From the NCBI GenBank assembly GCA_907165135.1, contig OU015569.1, positions 1,426,001 to 1,490,000 on the forward strand: DNA of 64,000 bases. The letters are read 5' to 3'. Position 1 is the stretch's first letter; each line of letters starts with the position of its first letter. Below, piece by piece: positions 1 through 12,173 of the stretch. Both the position numbers and the translations under genes were made by a program. Source of the DNA: Oikopleura dioica. Lineage: Eukaryota; Animalia; Chordata. A model generated the notes under the pieces. It saw nothing but the letters and a program-made list of their open reading frames with translations, ran no database searches and was not told where the DNA came from.

Positions 1-610
1 CCATTCCGCAGAGCAGAGCCAGAAATGAACACATCATTGGCGATTCCGTAAATTACTCCTCCGTACTCGACGATTTCAGGCTCGTCAGACGGATTCGTCG
101 TCGCAGTTGCCATCCAGCCGTCTGCTAGAATCACTGTTTTTTCGAAAGAACCTTCAAAAACCGTCGGGTTTTCAGATGCTTTTGGATTTTTAGCTCCGTC
201 CCAAAACGACATCGCAGCAATTTTAGAATGGAAATCATCTTGATCCCTAATGATTTTGATCTCTTCCAAATCGTCGCAGAGCTTAGAGCTCGAACAATCT
301 AAGAAAACGTCATTTTCTGTACGAGCTTTATCGAGTAAGAAATACCTATCCAAATTATATTCACTTCTTCGTCTTCTCTAAATTTGAGCATCATTCCTTT
401 CCACGCTTTCCTCGCTTGGTCACAACTCTCATCACACTGACTGGCATCAAGGAAGAGAGCAATGGTGACATAGCCAGTTCCGTGAATGACATTTTCGAAC
501 GTCTCTTCAGTCTGGTAAAATATCTGAGTTCCAAATTCACTCGTTACAGAATGCCATAAAAAGCTAGAATAAAGAAAAATTTTCGCATATTGAGCCACTA
601 GTTTCGCCAC
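1..610 (-). CDS. Thioredoxin/PDI-like fold protein, probably secreted; partial (3' end runs off the window), start uncertain
   Basis: The ORF 299..610 (TEETFENVI...CDESC...) splices across a 47-nt GT-AG intron (299-345) into WIDCSSSKLCDD..., the VDC..LC pattern of thioredoxin folds, and stays open to position 1. There is no CGHC motif. A signal-like MRKFFFILAFYGIL lies in a neighbouring frame. Confidence 0.6.
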
Positions 611-938
611 TAGTTGCCGCCTGAATGTCCTCTCCTCGCGGCAACAAGTAGCGGAGAGATTTAAATCTCCGAGTCATTTAAATGTCTGACTTCACCTTGA
701 AATAACTACGTTATTCTCCAATAATGTCACTTATTTCAAAAATTGACCTAATTAAAGTCTATAATTTATAGACGTAGACACAATTTTCTGAGTTAGAACT
801 GCCTTTACTTTGTAAATTTGCTTTTCCTGCAAAAAATGGAGTCGTAAGAAGAAAGATTTTTAAATAATAGAAATTATATTAAATAGTGAAATTTGAATAA
901 GAAGCATAACAATCGTGAACAGTTTGATTGAATATGAG

Positions 939-3900
939 CTAGAAATCGCGGAATGCCGGATTCGGCAGACCGGAGTCGATTTTCTTGATTTGAACTGGCA
1001 GTTGCGAGGATCTGTTCGAGTTCTCGTCCCGCGATCGCCGACGCGCCCCGTAGTAAAAGGTTTTTCGAAGATGCGGATCGTCTTCGTTTCTTCGTCCACG
1101 TTTCTGATTGAAAATTCGTAATTGAAACACAGTTTTTCGGAAAGAAATACCTTTTGTAAAAGAGAAGGACGAAAGCGATAAGAGTAGCGAAAGTGAGCGT
1201 AAAGAGGATGTTGTTGACCCAGTCGAGCACCAAAATCACTTTTTCAGTGTGGTAGGTCTTTTCGATGGTGAGCTTGGCGCGGTTGAGGGTCTCCATGTAG
1301 CGGAAGGCCTCGACCCAGAACTCGATGGCCGACGCGTCTCGATCCACTCCATCCGGAATCTCAAGCGGCGCGGCTCTTCGTCGACGGTCATTGTTTCCTC
1401 GCTGAATCGCTTCACAATCTGTTTCTGATGGTTGGCAGGGAGTTCCGCGGCAATGCTGAAGTTTTAGTTAGATAGTATCTCATCCAAATAAATGTCTAGT
1501 GAGTAGTCCTTGAATGGTAAGTACTTACTGTAACAAAGCATTTGTACTGCAGCTGCTGTCTATCTTCCAGATTGTCTCGGAAGAAAAAGTTTTTCCACTC
1601 GAGCTCGGTGTTGCCGTTGGACGCAACTTTGGTGAACTTCATGCCGAAAATTTCCTTCATGTCAGGAAGAATGCATCTGTTCTTGATGATGTATCGTTTG
1701 CGCTCTGGCTTCCGAAGATCTGTCACTTCGCACGACTCGATGGTGACGGCTGTTGGAGAATTGACCCGTGCATAGACCATGGCCTCGATGTAGAGCATGT
1801 TTGAAGTCGTGTCTTCATCGGTGATGATGTTTTTGAAGAGGGGATCTCGTGCCAACTGGAATGAAACTTCAGTCGCTCCTGGAATCACGTCCGTGAACTT
1901 GATCGGGTTCAATCGAGGAATCATCGACAACGGAGAAGCGTCAAGATCTTTTGGAGGCGGAAGCGAACACTGGACGCTAGCAAAGTGAATTCGCGAAGAA
2001 AAACTCGCTTCCAAGCACTTTTTGAGAGTCGATGTAAATTTCTGCGCGGAAGGTGTTGTCAATTAGAGTAGCGCCGCAGGACTCGACCATATCGTTGTAC
2101 TTGTAGTGCACCTTGAAAATTGTATTGAAAATATGAATGAATTGAAGATTTCATTTATTTACCTGAACTTCACTGGCGGCGCGGTCGAATATCCTCGTGC
2201 ATTTTTGAGCTGTGCCTTCATGTCCAACATAAACAACAAGCTTGTCGCCGTATGTTTCTTGTGGGAGGATGAGACCAGTTCTTTCGAGATTTTCCATCTT
2301 GATCGTGTCCAAGTCGAAGCCCGTCAGAGTACAGTCGAAGTTGTCACAAGTGCAGGTTTCGCGATGAATCTGGCAAGGGTCTTGATTCGCCAGAATACAC
2401 ATCGTTGATTGAGCCATCGCACATGCTGGGTACTCCGGATCGCATGGAGGGCAGTCAAGAAGCTGTTCAGTCGAACAGAAGTCCATTTCTTCGCAGCAGT
2501 TGGTTTCTTTGGTATTAAAGAGAGCTCCGTTCGAGTCGTAGCACCTTTGAGTTTCTGTAAAGCATCCGTAGCCGTTGCCGGTCGCGCATTCCGAGTTTTC
2601 ACAGCAAGGGAAATTGTCGTTACTGCATTTAGGAAGGAGACAGGTGTCGGTCTCTTCGTAGCTTGCGCAGGGAATGCCATGATCTCCGAGCTAAAAAATT
2701 TTTTGTTACTTTTATAAAAAGAAAAGAGTGAAATCTTACCGTGATGACGCAGTGTTTTGTAACAGCGATTCCATAAAAACTTCCAGCATCTGGATCGAAT
2801 ATAGCATTAGTGCAAAGCGAGTCCGTAATAGGAACACAGCTCCTAACACCATTATCTACACAAGAATCGTCGTCTTCACTGATATTTCCGATTAAGATGC
2901 ACCCGTGCTTGTCAGGATCGCAGACACCGACCTCATCAGTGGTGTAGCGAGCACCGACGATTTCTTCGCCGCCACAGGTGTAGAAGTAGGTTTGGCGACC
3001 ATAAGTGCACGAGCTATCGCATTCGAGTCGTTTTTCGAAGAGAATTCCTTGGCAGCCGTCAATGTGCTTCACCTCATGGGTGTTGCTGTCGATGCAGGAT
3101 TTGACATGCGATTCGCTGCAAAGCTGAAGACCAGGATCACTGCATGGCACAACTATATCTGATGTTCGAGTCACAGGCAACTCCCCAGGGCAGCTCTCGA
3201 CAATGGACTCTGTCTTGTAGCATTTATCACCGCTTTTGAAAGGTGCGCTGATCGAGGTGACTTCAGAGTGGTGTCCACAGCAGCGAGTGTTGCAAAGAAT
3301 TCGCTCCTCAAGTTTGATCTCTGACGGAATGCTGCATTGAAGATTCTCGGCATTAGGTCTCAATGATCGTCGACGAGTGTAATATTGCTCACCACACTTT
3401 TGCTCGCAGTTTTCGACTTTTTCGTTGTCGTCTTCGATCCATTCTGTGTAGACTTGTTCGTCGGTGCAGGTGGTTTGGCAGTAGAGTTTGTCGTTGTTGC
3501 ATGACTCGTAGGTGAACTCTATGGCAGGAACGTCAAGATCTTCGACATCGAAACAACCGTATAATTTTCGCTGGCAAGATGTGTCAGTGCATCTGCTGCA
3601 AGAGTCGTAGTCATTAGTCAAATAGAAAAGATCGTCGCTGAGCTTGCAAGTAGGATTTTTATCGTGATTGCAGAGGCACATTTCGTTGTCGACAGAAGCT
3701 GGGCAAACAGTATCAAGCTTGCAAAACTCAAGAAGATCGTCACAGTTGGAACTTAGCGAAACCACGGAGTTGTCTGCGCCGCTTACTGTAACGACAGGCG
3801 CGCTGCACCAATCCACTTCGCCCAAAGCTAAAAAAACATTTAAGATTTTTGTATTTTTTTTTTGTTCTGTTACCTTCTGACTCTACTTCTGCGCCATTTG

Positions 3901-5818
3901 TAAAAACTGCTGTAACTTTGATGAAGTTTTCATCAAATGACATCGACGATATTTCCCCAGCAACTCCTTCTTTTGGATTGAAAGGATAAGCGAGAGCATC
4001 AAGAATCACTAGACCTTCGTCCAAGACAAGAACGAGTTTCGTTCCATCTGGTGTCCAAAAGTACTTTTTCGGGGCGATGTTTGATGGGAAAAGATCTTTT
4101 GGTGTTTGACGGTCCTTCGACAATACCGCGAAGTTGATCTTGTTTGGGCTTGCAGCAGCGCCGAGTTCACTTTTGAGGTAAACTAGAACTTTGTTGCTCT
4201 TCGTGCCGAAAAGATGATAGTTTGATGCGGGAAAGCTTGCGGAGTAGGCTAAAGAATAAATAAGGATAAGGAAATAAAGCTTCTTTTCTTACCAGCGTCG
4301 ATGAGAAACCATTTCTTTTCAGATGGTAAGAAACCGTTAGCATCACAAACACATCTGTCGCCTTGATGAGTGGTGCTTCCTGGGCATTGTCCACATTCTA
4401 TCGTTGTGTCGCAGACTTCACTGATCGTGGTGGATTTTTCAGAAACAGCCTCTTCGTTGTTGATGAGAGTACACTCGCCAGTTCCAACATCGCCGCCGTT
4501 GCAAGCTCGTGATCGTTGACGCACGCCATCGCCGCAGATGCCGACGCAGGAGCTCCATTCCGACCAGTTCGACCATTGGCCGACGCGCGGGCAATTGAAC
4601 TCCACCAAGTTGCCATCTTTGTCCGTGTAACTGACTACGTACTGATTGTTGAAGTCGTCGACGAGCACGATCGCGGGGCAATGGACCGCGCCGTCGTTGT
4701 TGAGGAATGGAATGTAGATTTCGGAAGGTGAATCAGAGCAGCCAGGATATGCAGCAAAGTCGAAAGATGAAGCGTCAGGGTTGGAGACTCCGCCGGCTGA
4801 AAGAAAACAATAAGAATAAGACTCATTGAAATCAGTTAATTTACCGTCGTTTTCCATCTTTAGAGCGTTTTTCAGATGACAAGGGTAGACCAAAGCGCTC
4901 TTAAGTTGGAAAATTTACGATCAAACTAGGATGACAGTGGGAAAAAAATGATGAATGAAAATGCATAAAATGAATTTTTTCCAAAACTCTAAAAATGCAT
5001 CTGAGGTCATTTTTACCTATTTATGATTAAAAATTACGATCTTTGAATCAGAGGCTATGATTTCACCTGAAAAAAAGCGTAGAAAACAATTTTTTTCAAT
5101 TATTTTTCAGGTTGAAATAAACGATATTCTAATTTCTTGTTGATATTCTAATTATTAATCAAAAATTCCTAAAAACGCTCTAAAGTTGGTATTTTTTCAG
5201 ATGACAAAATATGGAAAATATTGGCAAAAACGCTCTTAAGTTGGGCGCTCTTAAGATGGAAAACCACGGTACTAACCTTTGCAGTACTTGACAGAGTCGG
5301 GAATGACTTCAACAGGACACACGCAGCTTAGCTCTATGTAAGCCTTGCCCGTGGCTTGAGCATCGGTTGTGTACTCGAAGGCGACCGGGGGGAATTCGTA
5401 CAAGGTCTCGAACGAGCCTCCAGAGCCAGCCACAAGCGTTTCTTCAATATAACCGCCGCAGTTGATTCCCTCTTGTAAGTTGACACTCGCGACGAGATCA
5501 CCATTATCAACAGCGATGGAGACGAGTGCATCATTACAAGAACTGTCGGCGTATTTGATGTCGGAGGCGAAGTTTGGCGGGGCAGAGCCATCAAACTATA
5601 TGAAAACAAGTAAATAAACAATCCTTCGCTGATCGACAATTATTGAAATCAAGGAAGAAAATCCTGAAAAAGTCTCTCTACTAGAAACTTACTCGAAATT
5701 CAGCGGGCTTTGAGAGATCTGAGCAGTCACAAGTCGAGGCGGCTCTTCCGCCTTCCAAAGCAGAGGAAGCGTAGACGACAAGGGGAAGGCACAGGATTAG
5801 ACCGGCAAGTCTCTCCAT
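939..5818 (-). CDS. Large multi-exon type I membrane protein: signal peptide, ZP-N-like region, TSP1 repeat, Cys-rich modules, ZP module, furin site, TM
   Basis: ATG at 5818 (MERLAGLILCLPLVVYASS). The minus-strand ORFs join by GT-AG introns. Motifs: WSNWSEWSSCVGICGDGVRQRSRAC (TSP1); ZP-C-like ESC...IIKNRC...FFF...YKC in ORF 1496..2062; RRRR cleavage site; TM ILFTLTFATLIAFVLLFY. The frame of the last exon is uncertain (stop at 939 or 860). Confidence 0.8.
4844..5269. mobile_element. TA-flanked MITE with CCGT termini (Tc2/pogo-like, IS630-Tc1-mariner superfamily) in an intron of the ZP gene
   Basis: Left TA|CCGTCGTTTTCCATCTTTAGAGCG and right CGCTCTTAAGATGGAAAACCACGG|TA form a 24-bp TIR with 2 mismatches. 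Internal CGCTCTTAAG subrepeats are present. Confidence 0.8.
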
Positions 5819-6753
5819 GATACCTAAACAGAACACTAGAAAGCATCTCTTATTTCCGGAAAATCTACCTCTCTTTACTCGAGTTTTCGACAGAGTGAAG
5901 AGCGTGTCCGATTTTCCGGGCTGCGCGAAATGCAGCCAGCTGCCCTCCAAAAACACCCCTAAATGCAAAAATCGCCAAATAAGGAATTTCGCTTAATTTT
6001 TTTCGTTATAAACAAATCAACTTGAAAATTTCCCTCTCCTGAACTTGCAAAATCGAAACATCAAAATATCAACGACCGTTTTCTTTTTCAAAAGAAAATA
6101 CTTTGAAATTCTTATCAAATAGATTTGACAAATAGTTGGAAAATAATGCCCTTGCAAGTTAAAATTTATCATTCTAATGCGGGATGAAATAATGATAACT
6201 TCAATTAAGGGTGTAGAGGAGTCTTCGCGGAGCAGTGGTCTAATCCGGCTTAGCCACTTGGCACAGTAGTTGTCTGCGATAGCTAACCCTGCTAAATGCG
6301 GCTCAGTGAATGGCGACTCAAGTAGGGTCACTCTTTGAGCCTTTCATCGAGAAGTAGCTTTTTAATTAACAAGGTAATCTCGCTAATTAATTTATGCGGC
6401 GAGTTCGAATTTCAAAATTATTTTTTCGCGAAATAATCAGCGCGAAACGTGCACCCCTCAATCAACACTCACTACAATGAGAATAAAGATAAGTTCTGAT
6501 CCTTATCGCTTCCCTCGTCGGATTTGCCGAAGTTTCAAAAATAATTTCCGAAAAAAATAGACCTAAATGAAATCTGACAGCGGTTTAGTATATTTGCTCA
6601 AATCGGAAATTGTCGCCGCCAGTCGGATTTGCGTATGCCAGATCCGGACGCCAGTTTTATAAACGCTAGAATCCTTTTTACCGAATAATTCGCCCCGTCC
6701 TTAATTTCATACCTTGTAACATGTGGGGATTTATAGGGGAAAGACATCGCAAA

Positions 6754-7127
6754 CAGAGTTGCAATTTTTGATTTATTTTGCTGAGCTGAGCTGACCTGAC
6801 CTGAGTAAAAATTTCTCTGAGCTGAGCTGAGCAGAGATGGCCTATTTCGAAGGTTACTGAGCTGAGCTGAGCTGGCCTTTTTTAGAGGTCATTGAGCGGA
6901 GCTGAGCTGAGCAGGCCTTTTGTTCAAGGTAGTTGAGCTGAGCTGAGCGGACCCTAATTGGAGCTGAGCTGAGCTGTTTTTTACTGTTTTTTTTTGTAGT
7001 AAAATTGTATTCAAATCAATCAGCTGAGCCGAACTGAGCTGAGTGAAAATTGTCTGAGATGAGCTGAGCGACTGCTCAGCTCACTCAGCCAGCTCAGCTC
7101 ACTCAGCTCAGCAAATTTGCAACTCTG
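6754..7127 (-). mobile_element. hAT-like MITE family A (GCTGA-rich), copy 1, opposite orientation to the other copies
   Basis: TIR CAGAGTTGCAA...TTGCAACTCTG; flanks atcgcaaa/gtcgcaaa (8-bp TSD with 1 mismatch). Confidence 0.85.
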
Positions 7128-8640
7128 GTCGCAAAACGAAGGTTTTATAGTGACATTCTTATTTAATCAAATCAAAGAAGAAAAGATGCTTTTGAAATAT
7201 TGCTTTTTAGACAAGATAAAGGAAAAAAAAGGGGTTGAGCGTTTTTTTTTGAGCGTAAGTGTCTTAGGACGCGCGCTAATGAGGTTATTCTAGGTTTTGT
7301 TTATTCTTTGGATATATCGAATCAGGAGTACAATGGGAGGCAGCTGAGGCAACTTCCTTTTGAAGTTTGCGTTTGATCGGAAATTATGCTAAAACACACT
7401 GGAAGGCGCAATTCGATTAGTTGGGAGCGCGGAATCTCGAAAGGAATGAAGATGCATCGCGGAATCTCTCCAATATTTATTTCGCGCATTGAGATAAGTA
7501 TTTTATAAAAAATGCACTTTTGAATTGTTGAAGCATATTTATCGAGAGATGTAATTGTCCGATTTTAGGAAATCCAAATTCGCCAGCCAAGAAATTGAGC
7601 TACCAAATTCTTCAGAAATTCAACTCTCTTCTTTCTAAGTCAAAACGACTCACTTAGGATGATATTAAATATATATATAACATAAGAAATGAAATATCAT
7701 TCATATTACCTCCATATAACAAGATTGATTTGTACTGTTTACAAACAAAAGCGCATATTTAGAATTATCATTTTGACAACCCTTACGTTAGACTTTTAGC
7801 AATACTGAAAACATTTACCCTTAGTCTGTTGGATGTCTAAGTCATCATCAACCATGTTGCTGCAATAAATTTATACGGAATTAAATATCAATATTTTGCT
7901 TGAGTTGTTGATTTTGCTTTTAAATTTTATTCAATTTTATAACAAAAGTAAGAGAGCACAGAAGATTAAAATATTATTTTAAACTTAAAGTAAACTTAGC
8001 GAATTACGAAAATCCTAGTTTTGTTGAACCATTTTAAAAAATATCATTTGGTTGCTTTCAAGTCATCATAGAAAACTGAGGAACTCACTTTTCAAACCCG
8101 CCTTTATTCGAAACCCTCAATCAGAAAAAGCCGAAAATAAATAAAAAAAAATAGGTCACCCAAATAATCTCAATCTCGATAATATCATCGTAAAGGATTA
8201 ATCGAACCAAAATAGGAGAAAACGGTTTTAAAGAAAACTGTATTTTTGCCTATGAGTAGATTTATTTTTGTCGGATTGTCGCTTTTCCTCAGTGTGTGAT
8301 ACTTTCTAACCATCTGGTTCAGCTTTGGTTGCTTATGTCACTTTCTGGTCAAACACGGTTCCGAACACGCTTTCCGCCTTATTCATATTTCGAATAATTT
8401 TCGAAAAAAATAAATCTAATTGTCCTTTGATTTCTGTTTACGCGTCAGACAACTTCTAACCCGCGCCAAGCAAGAAAAACGCGGCTACATCACACACGCC
8501 AAAACATATTTGCCAGTTCCTTAGCTGACAACCTTTTTCCTGATCCGGTCATATACAAAAGCACCCGTTGTTAAGAATACTTTTCATAGAACAATCTACG
8601 CCGCAGATAATATATGCCAGAATACGTCGAGATTCAACCC

Positions 8641-8872
8641 CTGGGCTCGGCAACCTGAGTCAGGCTCTGGAAGAGCTAAAATGCAAAGCCGCGTGGCGGC
8701 TTTTTTAAAAACGAAGCCGCAAAGCGGCTTCGCCAGGAGTTAACAGAAAATTTATATGGTTTAATTGCGAAACCGCTTCGCGGCTTCGTTTTAAAAAAAG
8801 CCGCTACGCGGCTTTTCATTTTAGCTCTTCCAGAACCTGACTCAGGTTTTCTACTCAGGTTGCCGAGCCCAG
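8641..8872. mobile_element. Palindromic MITE family B (CTG...CAG ends, CCTGANTCAGG core), long form
   Basis: Ends CTGGGCTCGGCAACCTGAGT / ACTCAGGTTGCCGAGCCCAG; internal GCCGC-nnn-GCGGC hairpins; flanks ttcaaccc/ttcaacct (7 of 8 identical). Confidence 0.8.
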
Positions 8873-9830
8873 TTCAACCTTCTTCTGATGGTTCGATTTA
8901 CGATTTATTGTCTTTTCCATGTTTGATAACCTGGATTTTTGTATTTGTTTTGCACCCCTTTTTGACTGGAAAATCTGAATAAAAGCCAGACTCGCTTGCT
9001 GATAGCGCAAAATTTATTCATTTTTAATAACGACTATGAAGATATTATTGATAAGTTGATTTTTTGTTATAAAATGAGTCCTTAAAATGGGATATAAGTA
9101 CTGTATTCGACATTAATCGTATCGGTATGGCGATTTTTATGACTGCAAAATTTCATTTACATCTTCATTTTTTGATAAAATGATTTCGCAATAAAAGATT
9201 ATAAGAAAAGAAAATGGCGGGAAAAGCTCCCGTCTCAGAATTTTGTATATCCATCTGTACTGAGTATTTATTCTTGATCTTTTAGTATTATCTGTTGAGT
9301 CCTTTCTGTGCGGCAAACAAATAAAGTGGCTTATTAGCGCGGAGAAATTTCAATTTTGGTTTTACGTTTGTCTGAGAAGCGGTGCTCGGCAGCCGCGGTT
9401 TCTCGTTTTCATTTTCTCACGAGAATAAATCGAAAGCAATGATTGTGGCGAAAATGAAAGTTGAATTTGCAAAATGTGATTTTGAATAGTTGTGGTCTGT
9501 CGCCACTCCCTGCAACTCGCCGCGCCAAGTTGTACCACTTACACCGAGTTTGACGCCTTTTCGAGGTGGATTACGCGGCTTAAACCTCCACCCGACACAG
9601 GAAAGCGCTTTGATAAAAAATCCAGTATACTGATTAAGGCCGCTACTCCCTTAATACATCGTTTGGCAGCGAAAGAAACAGCTTCTTTTTGATGAAAAAT
9701 CCTCAAAAGAGTCACATCAAAAGCTCCTTTCTAGCAATTTTTCGATCATTTTTTTATACAGAATGATTACATTTTAAGACCACCCCTATCAAAAAATATT
9801 CTTGCACTAAAAAGTTTCAATCAAAACTAG

Positions 9831-9915
9831 CTGACTCACTCAGCAATCTGAGAGAGCTATAATTAAAAGCCGCGTAGCGGCTTTTTTTTAAACGAAGCCG
9901 CGGAGCGGCTTCGCT
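9831..9915. repeat. Family B fragment
   Basis: TGACTCA followed by AAAAGCCGCGTAGCGGCTTTTTTTTAAACGAAGCCGC, matching the interior of 8641-8872. Confidence 0.65.
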
Positions 9916-11016
9916 AGAATTTAAATAAATTATCGAGAAAAGTGGCCTTTCAATAATCAATCATCTTCGCTAAGAAAACGGCCAATTTCTAGCGCTGGAT
10001 TAAAAAATAAAAACCGACCTAAAAGCTAAAAAAGTAAAATTTACTTTGCGCAAAATGCATAAATCTCTAAAAATGCGCTGATCGCGGTCGATTTCCGGCG
10101 CTGGATACAAAGTTGGATAGTTGTTTTAAAATTTGTTGCATTTTTCTTGGGCTAGGTCGATTAGCGGTTGTCTTGCGGGTGGCGGTGTTTTCACTTCTGA
10201 TTCCGGCTTGTCGAATGCCAGAAGCACTTCTTTCAGCTGTTTGTTAGCCGCTAAAACAAAAAGAAAAAATGAAAACAGAATTAATCTGACTAAATATACA
10301 ACTCAACTCGCAACTAATTTTAAACAAATCGGCGCTTCCAGCTGATCACTCTTGCTTGCGCTTTCTATTTTCCGAAAAATTACAAAATTATTCTTCGTTT
10401 TAAAAATTGAATTTTTGAATTTTCGACATTGAGTTTTCAAACTTCTCTTTTTTGCCAATTTTGCAGTTAGGCGGATACAAGTCGGGATATAGCCGGAACA
10501 TACATTTATCGTTTTGCTTATTTTTCCGTTTTTCAGGTTTCCGATGCGAGATCTGATAATTCCTTCCGAACTCGGGTGGTGTCCTGCCGTATATTAAAAT
10601 AGATTAAAATTCAAAAATAATATATCGCGCCCGATTTACCTTTTTTAAATTGACAATGCACAAACATCCCAAAAAGAGGAAAAAGTACAAGAGTTATTCA
10701 ATGGAAATTAAGAGCAGGTGGACATCGAAAAACCCCGATTTTCAAGCTTACATATCAGTTCATTGATGATGACACCCTTATTCGATAAAATCAAAATTAA
10801 GCTACAAAATATGATGAGGGGCCCCAAATTTAACGGTGAGGTGTCTGGAACCGACACAAAAATTTGGACGAATTTTGCGTTGAAATTTTCAACCAATCAG
10901 AAGCCAGGATTCGGCTCACCGGCCAATCAGCAGCCGAGTAGCCGCCCACGCATAATTTGTCGATATTTTTTTGTCGGTTCCACATGCCACCCCAATTTAA
11001 CGGCCGAATTCCTTAA

Positions 11017-11161
11017 GGATGTCCGCATCTAAACGGGATTATTGTTTTTCAACAGGGCCGCCATTTTATCGGATTTTTGATGAAACACGCCTGAGGCTTC
11101 TAAATCCGTTAAAATAGCAACCCTGTTGACGAATAATAGACCTGTTAAGATGCGGACATAC
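11017..11161. mobile_element. Degenerate fold-back MITE, TTAA on the left, GG start
   Basis: TTAA|GGATGTCCGCATC...GATGCGGACATAC with imperfect arms of about 55 bp. The right TTAA is 7 nt away and is shared with the next element. Confidence 0.5.
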
Positions 11162-11172
11162 AAGATACTTAA

Positions 11173-11253
11173 GGGTGTCAACATCGATTTTCGCATTTTT
11201 TCTGCGTTAGTTAAGGTACCTCCCTAACCCTTACTCAATCGATGTTGACACCC
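11173..11253. mobile_element. TTAA-flanked MITE family C (GGGTG...CACCC, Kolobok-like), copy 1
   Basis: TTAA|GGGTGTCAACATCGATT...AATCGATGTTGACACCC|TTAA: perfect 17-bp TIR. Confidence 0.8.
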
Positions 11254-11481
11254 TTAAGGAATAAATCGGCGGTTAAATTTGATGCCCCCTGTTTTGAAAA
11301 AAAACTATGGAAAATATTCCACACGATAAGGAGCCTATCCCCTGGAAAACTATCCATTAGAGTTAAATTCGCTGATTACAGTTGATTGTATCATTCCCAA
11401 AACATTTCCGCCTCGAAGCTACTTTCGTCTTTTTCTTTATTTTGAAAACCGAAATTTCCGAAAATGAAAAAAAAAATCTGT

Positions 11482-11510
11482 AAGTGATAAGAGTGTATTT
11501 CTTATCACTT
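11482..11510. promoter_or_regulatory. Inverted pair of GATA-type sites (TGATAAGA)
   Basis: AAGTGATAAGA-7 nt-TCTTATCACTT: perfect 11-bp inverted repeat. Confidence 0.4.
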
Positions 11511-11827
11511 CCTTGTCGCGCGCGGAAATTTAAATATTTTCATCTCTGGTTTTCAAAATTGTGGAAATGTGAACCTTATCGAGGCCAGAAGGGATTTGAA
11601 AAACCGAGGCGACATGCAACCCAAATCAAGAAAGAGGGAGGAAGCTAAATGGATTTAATAAATAGCGGAAGACAGAAAAAAAGACGTACTTTTCCCCCAA
11701 TTGCAGTTTATAACGATCGAACGGTTCGATTCGAACCTGATGCTTTAGTTATTGGCTCAAGAACCTGTGTACTTTCTCGCGTCAACGGGTCAACTTAACC
11801 TTACGACGACAAATGTTTCAACAAATT

Positions 11828-12173
11828 TTCAACACACTGAATCGTGAAAATACACCTCTCGGGGGGCTTTTGAAGCTTTGAATGCTCGAACTCGTACTTT
11901 CTCGCGTCAACGGGTTAGCTAAAGCTGGACTCGGCGGCCTGTGTAAAAACCTGAGTCAGGGTCCTGATTCAGGACTCCTGAAAGAGCTTTGGTGAAAAGT
12001 CGCGTAGCGAATTTTATTTTCATCAAAGTTCATTCAGGACCCTGACTCAGGTTTTTACACAGGCCGCCGAGTCCAGCTTTAGCTAACCCGTTGACGCGAG
12101 AAAGTACGAGTTCGAGCATTCAAAGCTTCAAAAGCCCCCCGAGAGGTGTATTTTCACGATACAGTGTGTTGAA
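11828..12173. repeat. 346-bp near-perfect palindrome with a family B element (11925-12076) at its centre
   Basis: Outer arms 11828-11924 and 12077-12173 are reverse complements with one mismatch and continue directly into the B TIRs. Confidence 0.9.

Noticed and set aside
1960-2030. Frameshift in the ZP module
   Set aside because: Resolved by a 49-nt GT-AG intron (or a 40-nt GC-AG alternative).
4797-4893. N-terminus of ORF 4249..4893
   Set aside because: It starts inside the intronic MITE; the real exon begins at the acceptor at 4796.
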